From: an uncultured Bacteroides sp.
Lineage (GTDB): Bacteria > Bacteroidota > Bacteroidia > Bacteroidales > GCA-2748055
Direction: 5' to 3'
Length of the DNA stretch: 24,000 nucleotides
Assembly (NCBI GenBank): GCA_964622985.1
Contig: CAZURA010000018.1
Coordinates: 16,158 to 40,157, forward strand
Positions 8,117 to 17,642 of the stretch are shown here, in pieces. The notes beneath the pieces were generated by a model. It saw nothing but the letters and a program-made list of their open reading frames with translations, made no database searches and was not told the DNA's origin. Within the stretch, counting starts at the first letter, position 1; every line of letters starts with the position of its first letter. The position numbers and the translations under genes were made by a program.

Positions 8117-8668
8117 ATGATGAAAGTCAAACATAGTATCAGCCAATTATCAGGAGCAGGAACTTTATTCTCACTTGGCACTATCCTCTTTGCACTAAGC
8201 ACTCTGTGCGTGCAGTGCAAGGTAACCTATTCCTTTAGCGGGGTCAATATATCGCCGGAGGTACAAACCTACTCAGTACAATATTTCCCAAACCGCGCAC
8301 CCATTGTTCAGGCACAGCTGAGTCAGGATTTTACCGATGCCCTGATGGATAAGATACAGAACAATACCAGCCTGGATCTCTCAAACGATGGAGGAGATGT
8401 GCAGTTTTCCGGTGAGATCACCGGTTATGAGACCAGGCCTACTGCCATAACCGGACAGGAAACTGCCGCCCGAAACCGACTCACCATTACGGTGAGGGTT
8501 AAATACAACAATGCTGTTGAACCCGAGCTTGATTATGATACCAGCTTCTCCAGGTTTGAGGATTATGATGCCACCCAGAACCTGACAGATGTGGAGAATG
8601 AACTTATCGAGCTTATCGTAGAGAACCTGATTGAAGATATATTTAACAGGGCATTTGTCTCCTGGTAA
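8117..8668 (+). CDS. lptE: LptE-family (LPS-assembly lipoprotein-like) protein
   Basis: An N-terminal hydrophobic segment with Cys residues (LFALSTLCVQCKV) is followed by YSFSGVNISPEVQTYSVQYFPNRAPIVQAQLSQDFTDAL...FSGEITGYETRPTAI...RLTITVRV. This is the pattern I associate with Bacteroidota LptE-family proteins, and the position between the sigma-54 activator and secG fits their conserved synteny. The lipobox is not canonical. Confidence 0.6.
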   Translation: MMKVKHSISQLSGAGTLFSLGTILFALSTLCVQCKVTYSFSGVNISPEVQTYSVQYFPNRAPIVQAQLSQDFTDALMDKIQNNTSLDLSNDGGDVQFSGEITGYETRPTAITGQETAARNRLTITVRVKYNNAVEPELDYDTSFSRFEDYDATQNLTDVENELIELIVENLIEDIFNRAFVSW

Positions 8669-8679
8669 CTGTAGATTGT

Positions 8680-9513
8680 ATGGATTCTTCTGATATACTT
8701 CGCCTGCTCAATACTGATCATTACGCTCCAGCCGAGCTGGAACAGGTGAATGACCTGTGCAGGAACTATCCCATGTTCAACCTGGCGCATATGCTCAGGG
8801 TGAGGATCAAAGAGGCTCTGGGTTATGATAAGGAATCTGACCTCAAATTGGCTGCTGTCTATTCCACCGACAGAAAGCAACTCTACCAATTGGTCACCGA
8901 AGTGGTCCAACCACCGCAACCAGAGTTGGAAGAGGAGAAAGCTCCGGAAGAGCCGACAGGAATCCAGTTTTCCGATGAACCCCACCAGGAGGCTGATGTT
9001 ATTATTGAGCAGCATGCCCCCTATGCCGGACCGGCACCAGATGACGATTTGCTGGAGCTGGATGATGAAGCCACAGATGATGCTTTCATATTGGATCAGG
9101 ATGAAGAGGGATCCTCCGAAGAACTCTCTTCCGAGACATTGATTGAATCTGTGATGAAAGAGGAGGTTGATTTGGAGGAGACAGGACCTGAAAGCACCGA
9201 TATCCCGGTCATCGACTCGGTGGAGAGGAAGCAGAATAATGGTAACAACAGTCATCTGATAAGCAATTTTATCAATGAGGATCCCGGGCCCATACGAGCT
9301 GACCAGAATGCCAGTCTGAAAGGGGATGTCTCTTTGGCCTCCATACGGGAGCATGACGGATTTATTACCGACACTTTGGCAAAGATTTACGTGAAGCAGG
9401 GATTGTACGCCAAGGCCATATACGCCTACGAGAGATTAAGTTTGAAATATCCGGAAAAAAGTGCTTACTTTGCAGCTCAAATTGAGAAGATTAAAAATAT
9501 AAATCATTCATAA
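8680..9513 (+). CDS. Hypothetical protein with an acidic, low-complexity centre and a C-terminal TPR-like helix pair
   Basis: The conserved-looking N-terminus reads YPMFNLAHMLRV...LKLAAVYSTDRKQLYQLV. The middle is D/E/P-rich. The C-terminus reads LAKIYVKQGLYAKAIYAYERLSLKYPEKSAYFAAQIEKIK, which is TPR-like. It is tightly packed between lptE and secG. Confidence 0.6.
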   Translation: MDSSDILRLLNTDHYAPAELEQVNDLCRNYPMFNLAHMLRVRIKEALGYDKESDLKLAAVYSTDRKQLYQLVTEVVQPPQPELEEEKAPEEPTGIQFSDEPHQEADVIIEQHAPYAGPAPDDDLLELDDEATDDAFILDQDEEGSSEELSSETLIESVMKEEVDLEETGPESTDIPVIDSVERKQNNGNNSHLISNFINEDPGPIRADQNASLKGDVSLASIREHDGFITDTLAKIYVKQGLYAKAIYAYERLSLKYPEKSAYFAAQIEKIKNINHS

Positions 9514-9525
9514 AGAGGAATTAAA

Positions 9526-9873
9526 ATGTTTGTTGTATTTACGGTACTGATCGTTGTCACCTGCATCTTTACCATTTTAATTGTACTTGTACAGAATTCA
9601 AAAGGAGGGGGACTTGCTTCAAACTTCTCCTCTTCGAACCAGTACATGGGCGTTAGAAAAACTGCCGATTTTCTGGAGAAAGCCACATGGACCCTGGGAG
9701 CAGCACTGATTGTTTTCAGTCTTCTGGCGGGGATCACTGTTCCCAAAGCCGGGGAAGTGAACAATTCACGCCTTCAGGGCCAGTTTGATGAAAGCATCAT
9801 GGACCAGCCTTCCCAGACCATCGACTTACCTGAATCTTTTGGAGAAGAACCTGCAGAAGGGGAGCAGGAGTAG
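9526..9873 (+). CDS. secG: Preprotein translocase subunit SecG
   Basis: Two TM segments flank the SecG signature LVQNSKGGGLASNFSSSNQYMGVRKTADFLEKATW. The C-terminal tail is acidic. Confidence 0.85.
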   Translation: MFVVFTVLIVVTCIFTILIVLVQNSKGGGLASNFSSSNQYMGVRKTADFLEKATWTLGAALIVFSLLAGITVPKAGEVNNSRLQGQFDESIMDQPSQTIDLPESFGEEPAEGEQE

Positions 9874-9901
9874 ACAAACAGAAAATATTATATGTGTAAA
9901 G

Positions 9902-9944
9902 AATGTCAGTATGTCATATTACTGACATTTTTTTTTGTTTTTTT
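9902..9944 (+). terminator. Rho-independent terminator after secG
   Basis: A perfect 10-bp stem (AATGTCAGTA 9902..9911 with TACTGACATT 9920..9929) encloses an 8-nt loop. It is followed by TTTTTTTGTTTTTTT (9930..9944). Confidence 0.85.
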
Positions 9945-10011
9945 CCTTTGGCACAAAATATGATAAAGAGATAGCGATTTTGATAATGTCGAACTTATAA
10001 ATAATTGAAAA

Positions 10012-10293
10012 ATGGCAGAACTTAAAGGTAGAATCCTTGCAGGCAAGGTTCTCGTAAAGCCCTCGGAGGCTGAGGAAAAAACCTCCAGTGGAATTATCAT
10101 TCCCGATACAGCAAAAGAGAAACCGCAGCATGGTAAAGTGGTAATGGTCGGAGCCGACAAAAAGGACGAACCCATGGAAATTATAGTGGGAGATCAGGTT
10201 CTTTACGGGAAATTTGCCGGTCAGGAATTAACCATTGATGATGAAGATTATCTTCTGATTTCGCAAAGCGATGTTTTATTCATTTCGAAGTAA
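10012..10293 (+). CDS. groES: Co-chaperonin GroES
   Basis: 93 aa. Contains LKGRILAGKVLVKPSEAEEKTSSGIIIPDTAKEKPQHGKVVMVG...GDQVLYGKFAG, the classic Cpn10 pattern. Confidence 0.95.
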   Translation: MAELKGRILAGKVLVKPSEAEEKTSSGIIIPDTAKEKPQHGKVVMVGADKKDEPMEIIVGDQVLYGKFAGQELTIDDEDYLLISQSDVLFISK

Positions 10294-11949
<1,656 letters not shown>

Positions 11950-11972
11950 AATTCATTACATCATATATACTT

Positions 11973-12004
11973 CAAGAGGCTGTTCCTTCGGGAGTAGCCT
12001 CTTG
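11973..12004. terminator. Stem-loop with a UUCG tetraloop between convergent groEL and the NHL-lipoprotein gene; probable terminator for groEL
   Basis: CAAGAGGCT (11973..11981) pairs perfectly with AGCCTCTTG (11996..12004). The inner stem extends with 3 Watson-Crick and 2 G-U pairs to a TTCG loop (11987..11990). On the plus strand it is followed by TTATTT, a weak U-tract. On the minus strand it abuts the stop codon at 12005..12007 with no U-tract. Confidence 0.6.
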
Positions 12005-13006
12005 TTATTTCTCCGCTAGATAAACATCCACCCGGTTATTTCTGTTGTCAACCACATACACATGTTGCCGGAAGGTAGCAATATCAATGGGGAGGGGATA
12101 ATCATCCCCTATCTGATCCATCTCCTTTTCGAGTATAAGCTCCATATTCCGGTCGCGAACTTCAATGCTCCTGTTGTAGAATGTGGCGATATAAAGGTCT
12201 CCGTTACTGTGCATAGAGATCCCGGGTTGATTTACCCAGGAGCCAAACCAATCTGTTAGACTGTTTCCAAGTATTATGGACACATCATCGGATTTGGTAT
12301 CGTAGATCAAGATCTGACAACCTACTAAGTGCGGACAACACTGGGAATGCTGGCTTGTCAGGTAAACTTTACCGTCCTGTCCAACTTCCATATCAGTGAT
12401 GGGTACAGGGTAGAGAAGGGAATCGGATAAAGAGGTAGGAAGCAGTGTATTTGTAAAGTTCTTGTTTTCCAAAGATATCTTTTGCAGGTGAACTCCATCC
12501 GTTGTATACAGATGATCGCTTGAGTATGCAATGCAACCGGGCCTGATTACTTCATCGTTGGTTGAAAAATCCAGTTCGTCCAGCAAGCTGCCGTTGGGTC
12601 GGAATGATAATATATTGAATCCTTCGGGATGTTTGCCGGGAGCATTTGGATCGGTATCGGAACGGGGATGGACCAGCACATAGAGGTTTCTATTTTCATC
12701 CACAGTGATGTCCCGTGGTATATAGGAGGGATATTTCCCACCTGAGAAATTCGTAAAATCAACAACGGTATTTAGAAACTCGCCATCCCGGTTAAACCTT
12801 TGAACTTCACTTACCGGGTTTGATACCCAATTTTGCATACAGAGTATAAATAGATCTCCATTGTCCGGATCTGAAACAATTGATGAGGGACGTGACTTTG
12901 TTTCGATACCGAACGCATATTCCAGCGAGGCCGGAGAGGGATACTCTCTTTCGCAGCTTGGGCAAAGTCCCAAAAACAATAGTAAGACGAGGGTTGAGTT
13001 ATTCAT
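12005..13006 (-). CDS. Putative lipoprotein with NHL-repeat / six-bladed beta-propeller-like repeats
   Basis: The signal peptide has Cys residues (MNNSTLVLLLFLGLCPSC). Strand motifs typical of NHL/propeller blades recur: GDLFIL, RNLYVLV, DHLYTTD, GKVYLTS, GDLYIATFYNRSIEV, HVYVVDNRNNRVDVY. Function unknown. Confidence 0.55.
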   Translation of the reverse strand: MNNSTLVLLLFLGLCPSCEREYPSPASLEYAFGIETKSRPSSIVSDPDNGDLFILCMQNWVSNPVSEVQRFNRDGEFLNTVVDFTNFSGGKYPSYIPRDITVDENRNLYVLVHPRSDTDPNAPGKHPEGFNILSFRPNGSLLDELDFSTNDEVIRPGCIAYSSDHLYTTDGVHLQKISLENKNFTNTLLPTSLSDSLLYPVPITDMEVGQDGKVYLTSQHSQCCPHLVGCQILIYDTKSDDVSIILGNSLTDWFGSWVNQPGISMHSNGDLYIATFYNRSIEVRDRNMELILEKEMDQIGDDYPLPIDIATFRQHVYVVDNRNNRVDVYLAEK

Positions 13007-13082
13007 TGTTCAGGTGCCGAGTCATACTAAAGGTACAAAAAACCAGCAAGCATCGCCGGTGGATAATCTCCCTCAGAATTCA

Positions 13083-13090
13083 TAAATTTG
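13083..13090 (+). promoter_or_regulatory. Candidate -7 promoter box TAAATTTG for the membrane-protein gene
   Basis: Exact TAnnTTTG match in the divergent intergenic region, 42 nt before TTG 13132 and 57 nt before ATG 13147. Motif match only. Confidence 0.35.
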
Positions 13091-13146
13091 TATTATACAC
13101 ATGAGTCTCGCATAGTTGCACCGAAGCCTTTTTGATATCAAACGCT

Positions 13147-13842
13147 ATGAACAAGAAGGACAAATACCGGTCTAAACTTCTGGAGAGAGGCGCGATTGCA
13201 GCCAAAGATTTAAATACCCAACATTACCTGCGCCTCCTGGTCACCATTTTGATCTCATTTATTACCACAGCGGTATTGCTTTATCCCGAAAGGTTTCAGC
13301 TAGGAGCTTATCCCTTCAGTTACCTGGGCAGCAAAACCACCCCCATGGGACTGAGAAACATCTATGCCAGGATAGTATTTGACCTGGGGATGTTGTTGTG
13401 TGGGTATACTATGTGGCTGCTTGCCCGTTATTACCAAAAGCGACAACCTGTTCCTGACAGTCATGTCTACCAGTTTCTGAGCTACCTTTCAGCCACTGGA
13501 TTTGTTATGATGGTTCTTCCCTGTGATATTCAGGAAGTCAAGTTTATTCACTCCTTCGGCAGTGGTTTCGTAGTGGGAAGTCATCTTTTCATGGCCACCA
13601 TCAGGGTGGTGGCCGTACATCGAAACCTGAAGAACTGGATTACCTTCATCCTTCTCTCTACCCTGATTATTGCTGTCCTGGTGTATGCGGTGCTCTGGTT
13701 TTTTAAAGTTCCGTACAATACTGTAATGCAAAAGCCAGCCTTTATAGCTATTATTTATGTGGAGCTCTATGGCAGCAGCCTGAGCAGATATTACGGTGAG
13801 CACCCCGTCTTCGCCACCCTCAAATCCGAACAGCTCCAGTAG
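13147..13842 (+). CDS. Hypothetical polytopic inner-membrane protein (about 6 TM segments; possibly DUF998-like)
   Basis: Hydrophobic segments alternate through the protein: LLVTILISFITTAVLLY, IVFDLGMLLCGYTMWLLA, LSYLSATGFVMMVL, FGSGFVVGSHLFMATI, ITFILLSTLIIAVLVYAVLWFF, AFIAIIYVELYG. There are no catalytic motifs I recognise. The ORF opens at TTG 13132; ATG 13147 (MNKKDKYRSK) is preferred. Confidence 0.5.
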   Translation: MNKKDKYRSKLLERGAIAAKDLNTQHYLRLLVTILISFITTAVLLYPERFQLGAYPFSYLGSKTTPMGLRNIYARIVFDLGMLLCGYTMWLLARYYQKRQPVPDSHVYQFLSYLSATGFVMMVLPCDIQEVKFIHSFGSGFVVGSHLFMATIRVVAVHRNLKNWITFILLSTLIIAVLVYAVLWFFKVPYNTVMQKPAFIAIIYVELYGSSLSRYYGEHPVFATLKSEQLQ

Positions 13843-13874
13843 TACAAGATTGTTTTTTAGGCTTCATTAGCGGA

Positions 13875-13940
13875 GGGACATTCAGAAAAGGTGCCTAAGC
13901 AGATGCAAAGCAGTTGGTTCAGAACCGCTCTGAATGTCCC
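13875..13940. repeat. Perfect 12-bp inverted repeat (GGGACATTCAGA / TCTGAATGTCCC) with a 42-nt spacer, between the membrane-protein gene and lepA
   Basis: Read directly: 13875..13886 is the exact reverse complement of 13929..13940. No U-tract follows. The 3' arm ends 9 nt before the lepA -7 box. Confidence 0.7.
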
Positions 13941-13949
13941 GGAGTTTGC

Positions 13950-13957
13950 TATATTTG
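13950..13957 (+). promoter_or_regulatory. Candidate -7 promoter box TATATTTG for lepA
   Basis: Exact TAnnTTTG match 27 nt upstream of ATG 13984, embedded in TTTGCTATATTTGCA (13945..13959). Motif match only. Confidence 0.4.
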
Positions 13958-13983
13958 CACTCGATAAAAATGGGAGCCTCCTG

Positions 13984-15771
13984 ATGGACCACATAAGGAA
14001 TTTCTGCATCATTGCTCATATCGATCACGGGAAAAGTACCCTGGCCGACAGATTGCTTATGAGGACCGGTACCCTGCAGGAACGTGATTTCCAGGACCAG
14101 GTGTTGGATAATATGGATCTGGAGCGTGAAAGGGGAATTACTATCAAGAGTCACGCCATCCAGATGGAACATGAGTCCGAAGGCAAAAACTACATCCTGA
14201 ATCTGATTGATACCCCCGGACATGTGGACTTCTCATATGAGGTGAGTAGGTCCATTGCTGCTTGTGAAGGAGCACTGCTGGTGGTTGATGCTACCCAGGG
14301 GATACAGGCCCAAACCATCTCTAACCTGTACCAGGCCATTGATCATGATCTGGAGATTATTCCGGTGCTGAACAAGATGGATATGGAAAGTGCCATGCCC
14401 GAGGAAGTCAAGGACCAGATCGTAGATCTGATCGGGTGTGACCGGGATGAGATTATTGAAGCAAGTGGAAAGAGCGGACTGGGTGTGGATAAAATATTAG
14501 AGACTATCATTGATCGCATTCCTACCCCCAAGGGAGATCCTGATGCGCCACTAGAGGCACTTATTTTCGATTCGGTATTCAATTCGTACAGAGGGATCTT
14601 TGCCTATTTCAGGATTCTTAACGGGACCATCCGGAAGGGTGAGATGGTCAAATTTGTTGCCACTGGCAAGGAGTATGATGCCGATGAGATCGGGGTGCTA
14701 AAGCTGGGGACCGAACCTAAAGATCAGCTGTCTGCCGGCAATGTGGGATACATAATTTCCGGGATCAAAACATCCAAAGAGGTGAAGGTGGGAGATACCA
14801 TTACCCATGTGGACCGGCCCTGTGAGGGTGCCATAGCGGGTTTTGAGGATGTGAAACCCATGGTCTTTGCAGGAATTTATCCTGTAGATGCAGATGACTA
14901 TGAAGATCTGAGGGCTTCCATTGAAAAGCTACAGCTGAATGACGCTTCTCTCACTTTCGTTCCCGAGTCTTCAGCTGCATTGGGATTTGGATTCAGGTGC
15001 GGTTTCCTGGGACTGCTGCACATGGAGATCATTCAGGAGAGACTCGACAGAGAATTCAATATGGATGTGATCACTACCGTTCCAAATGTCTCCTTCAAGG
15101 TGATGACTACCAAGGATGAGATGATCGAGGTGCACAATCCATCGGGATTGCCTGTAGCTACTGCCATCGATCACATTGAAGAACCTTATATCTCTGCACA
15201 GGTGATCTCGCAGGCCGATTATGTGGGCTCCATTATGAAACTATGCCTGGATAAAAGGGGAATACTGAAGAATCAGGTGTATCTGACCAGCAACCGGGTA
15301 GAACTTACCTTTGAAATGCCTCTGGCGGAAATTGTTTTTGATTTCTACGACAAGTTGAAGAGCATTTCCAAAGGATATGCTTCCTTTGATTACCATCCCC
15401 ATGGGTACCAGAAAGCCGATCTGGTGAAGCTCGATATTCTGTTGAACGGAGAGATGGTGGATGCACTTTCCACCCTGATCCACCGCGCCAATGCTTATGA
15501 TTTCGGACGAAGGATCTGTGTAAAGCTGAAAGAGCTGATTCCCCGTCAGCAATACGAGGTGGCTATTCAGGCAGCCATAGGTGCAAAAGTGATTGCACGC
15601 GAGACAGTAAAAGCCGTGCGTAAAGATGTAACGGCCAAGTGTTATGGAGGAGATATTACACGGAAGAGGAAGTTGTTGGAGAAACAGAAAAAGGGGAAGA
15701 AGCGCATGCGCCAGGTGGGAAATATCGAAGTCCCCCAATCGGCCTTCCTGGCTGTATTAAAGCTTGATTGA
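13984..15771 (+). CDS. lepA: Elongation factor 4 (translational GTPase LepA)
   Basis: Starts [25 protein letters not shown] (G1), followed by DTPGHVDF (G3) and NKMD (G4). The LepA-specific C-terminal domain ends ...[45 protein letters not shown] prefer ATG 13984 (595 aa) to the track's GTG 13891, because the conserved N-terminus begins there and the promoter-like box lies inside the extension. Confidence 0.95.
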   Translation: MDHIRNFCIIAHIDHGKSTLADRLLMRTGTLQERDFQDQVLDNMDLERERGITIKSHAIQMEHESEGKNYILNLIDTPGHVDFSYEVSRSIAACEGALLVVDATQGIQAQTISNLYQAIDHDLEIIPVLNKMDMESAMPEEVKDQIVDLIGCDRDEIIEASGKSGLGVDKILETIIDRIPTPKGDPDAPLEALIFDSVFNSYRGIFAYFRILNGTIRKGEMVKFVATGKEYDADEIGVLKLGTEPKDQLSAGNVGYIISGIKTSKEVKVGDTITHVDRPCEGAIAGFEDVKPMVFAGIYPVDADDYEDLRASIEKLQLNDASLTFVPESSAALGFGFRCGFLGLLHMEIIQERLDREFNMDVITTVPNVSFKVMTTKDEMIEVHNPSGLPVATAIDHIEEPYISAQVISQADYVGSIMKLCLDKRGILKNQVYLTSNRVELTFEMPLAEIVFDFYDKLKSISKGYASFDYHPHGYQKADLVKLDILLNGEMVDALSTLIHRANAYDFGRRICVKLKELIPRQQYEVAIQAAIGAKVIARETVKAVRKDVTAKCYGGDITRKRKLLEKQKKGKKRMRQVGNIEVPQSAFLAVLKLD

Positions 15772-15791
15772 CAGGCAAAGCCGGTTGTAGA

Positions 15792-16910
15792 CTACAGCTC
15801 GTTCATCAATTCCTCTATTCGCGAAAGAGCCTGGGCTAAATAGGTTTCGGGCAGTCCAAAGCTAATCCTTACATACTTGTTCAGACCGAAGTGATCTCCC
15901 GGGATAATGAGCACACTCTTTTCCTTTAACAATCGCATGGCCAGGTCAATAGAATTAATATCCAGGTTGTACTTCACAAAAGCAATGGCAGCCGCTTGTG
16001 GAGGAATGCTTGTAAATCTGCCGTCTTGCTTTGCCATCCACTCCTGAAGAATCGGGTATCCTCGACGGATATACTCCCTGGTACGCTGAATAATGGTTGG
16101 CCTCACCTGCTCTGACAGGGCCAGTGCGGCCAGTTTATTGGAGAGCATGGTGACACTCAGTGTCGTGTATTCATGTCTGGCCCAAACCTGATCCACCGTA
16201 TCTTTCGGTGCCACCAACCAGCCTGTCCTTAGTCCGGGGAGTCCATATGCCTTGCTCATACTTCCTACGGCGATGACTTTATCGTACCTGCCATAAAAAG
16301 AAGGAGTTACAGTGTCGGTAAACTGTTCCGCCCCGGCATACACCTCATCGGCCAGGATCCAGGCTCCCACCTTTTCAGCAATCCTGACTATGGCCTCCAT
16401 CTCCCATTCTTTCAGAATATAGCCAGTTGGATTGTTGGGATTGCAAATGGTTATCAGTTTGGTGTTTTCAGTTACTATCTCCTCCAGTTCGGCCAGATCC
16501 GGAGCCCACTCATTTCTCTCTTGCAACGAAAAGGTTTTTACCTGGTACCCGCTGTTTATTGCGATGCCCCAGATCTGCATATAATTGGGAAGCATGACCA
16601 CGATTTCATCACCTTTATTCAAAAGGGCATGCAAACTGTTGTAGTTGGCTTCAATGGCTCCCACCGTTACCAGGACGTTTTCTGGCCCTGCTCCTTTATA
16701 GAGCCTGGCTATATTCTCCCTCAATTGTGGAATGCCGTTGGCATGGGCATAATTGATCTCTGTATCCAGCAATCCCTCATACGAGGTATGGTCAATATCC
16801 AATAACTCCCGAAGAGTTAAGGGATGTACACCACTCTCTGAAAGATTATAGTCAACGGTCATCTCGTACATGGACATGTACCGTTCCATCTCAAAGGGTT
16901 GGAATGCCAT
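15792..16910 (-). CDS. Class I/II PLP-dependent aminotransferase
   Basis: 372 aa. The motifs are ICNPNNPTG, ILADEVY and the Schiff-base lysine context GSMSKAYGLPGLRTGW. Substrate cannot be inferred from the sequence alone. Confidence 0.85.
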   Translation of the reverse strand: MAFQPFEMERYMSMYEMTVDYNLSESGVHPLTLRELLDIDHTSYEGLLDTEINYAHANGIPQLRENIARLYKGAGPENVLVTVGAIEANYNSLHALLNKGDEIVVMLPNYMQIWGIAINSGYQVKTFSLQERNEWAPDLAELEEIVTENTKLITICNPNNPTGYILKEWEMEAIVRIAEKVGAWILADEVYAGAEQFTDTVTPSFYGRYDKVIAVGSMSKAYGLPGLRTGWLVAPKDTVDQVWARHEYTTLSVTMLSNKLAALALSEQVRPTIIQRTREYIRRGYPILQEWMAKQDGRFTSIPPQAAAIAFVKYNLDINSIDLAMRLLKEKSVLIIPGDHFGLNKYVRISFGLPETYLAQALSRIEELMNEL

Positions 16911-16929
16911 AACAATTAGTTTTTAGATT

Positions 16930-17628
16930 TCAGCCTTCATCTACTACCAGTTTGTACCCTTTCCCATGGACATTGATGATCTGAACATTAGGATCTGATT
17001 TCAGATATTTGCGCAATTTGGTAATGTACACATCCATACTCCTGGCATTGAAGTAATTGTCATCTATCCAGATGGCTTTCAGGGCGAAATTCCGCTCCAG
17101 GACCTGGTTCATGTTGTTGCTGAGAAGTTTTAGCAACTCAGATTCTTTCGTAGTGAGTTTCTGCTGGGTGCCAGTGCCTGTAAGCATCTGCTTTTTTGCA
17201 TCGAACAGAAAGGAGCCGATCTCCCACTGCTCTTTGTCACCTCCTCTGGATCCTTTGGTTCTTCTGAGAATGGCTTCAATCCGAAACAACAGCTCTTCCA
17301 TACTGAAAGGCTTGGTAATATAATCATCGGCTCCCAGTGAGAATCCCTCCAACACATCCTCTTTCATCGATTTGGCCGTAAGAAAAATGATAGGGATATC
17401 ACTATTCAGGAGACGGATCTCGGAGGCCAGAGTGAATCCGTCTTTTACAGGCATCATCACATCCAGCAAACAGATATCGTAATGAAACTGTTCAAAATGT
17501 CTGAAAGCCTTCTCCCCGTTGGTTACCCAATCGGCTTCAAAATTTTTTGCCTGAAGGTATTCCTGGAGCAAAGAGCCCAGGTTTTCGTCATCTTCAGCCA
17601 GGAGAATTCTGTTTTTTATTTCGTTCAT
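16930..17628 (-). CDS. OmpR/PhoB-family response regulator (receiver plus winged-helix DNA-binding domain)
   Basis: Receiver motifs are ILLAEDDENL, DICLLDVMMPVKDG (phospho-Asp), IIFLTAKS and DDYITKPF. The C-terminal trans_reg_C-like region reads LTTKESELLKLL...MDVYITKLRKYL...IINVHGKGYKLV. Confidence 0.9.
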   Translation of the reverse strand: MNEIKNRILLAEDDENLGSLLQEYLQAKNFEADWVTNGEKAFRHFEQFHYDICLLDVMMPVKDGFTLASEIRLLNSDIPIIFLTAKSMKEDVLEGFSLGADDYITKPFSMEELLFRIEAILRRTKGSRGGDKEQWEIGSFLFDAKKQMLTGTGTQQKLTTKESELLKLLSNNMNQVLERNFALKAIWIDDNYFNARSMDVYITKLRKYLKSDPNVQIINVHGKGYKLVVDEG

Positions 17629-17642
17629 GTGTATTGACAGAA

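Noticed and set aside
8166-8190. TGGCAC...TTTGCA sequence that resembles a sigma-54 promoter
   Set aside because: The spacing is wrong: the TTGC begins 8 nt after TGGCAC instead of 5. It also lies inside the lptE-like coding region, with no downstream gene start to serve.
8563-9354. 263-aa ORF on the minus strand, the longest unassigned ORF in the track
   Set aside because: It is antisense to the 8680..9513 gene, whose N- and C-termini look like a conserved Bacteroidota protein and which fits the tight lptE-to-secG operon spacing. The acidic GAN-rich codons of the plus-strand gene leave the complementary frame free of stops. The minus-strand translation is low-complexity Leu/Ile/Gln/Ser-rich with no motifs.
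9874-10011. Searched the groES upstream region for a CIRCE element (TTAGCACTC-N9-GAGTGCTAA) or a standard TAnnTTTG box
   Set aside because: Neither is present. Only weak direct repeats (ATGATAA / TTGATAA) and the partial sigma-54-like element reported in the findings were seen.
13891-13983. 31-codon N-terminal extension of lepA from GTG 13891, as given in the ORF track
   Set aside because: The conserved LepA N-terminus starts at [19 protein letters not shown] (ATG 13984). The extension contains the inverted repeat arm and the TATATTTG promoter-like box, so it is more likely 5' non-coding.
15241-15738. 165-aa minus-strand ORF inside lepA
   Set aside because: It is antisense to the highly conserved LepA C-terminal domain, has no recognisable motifs, and is a shadow ORF.
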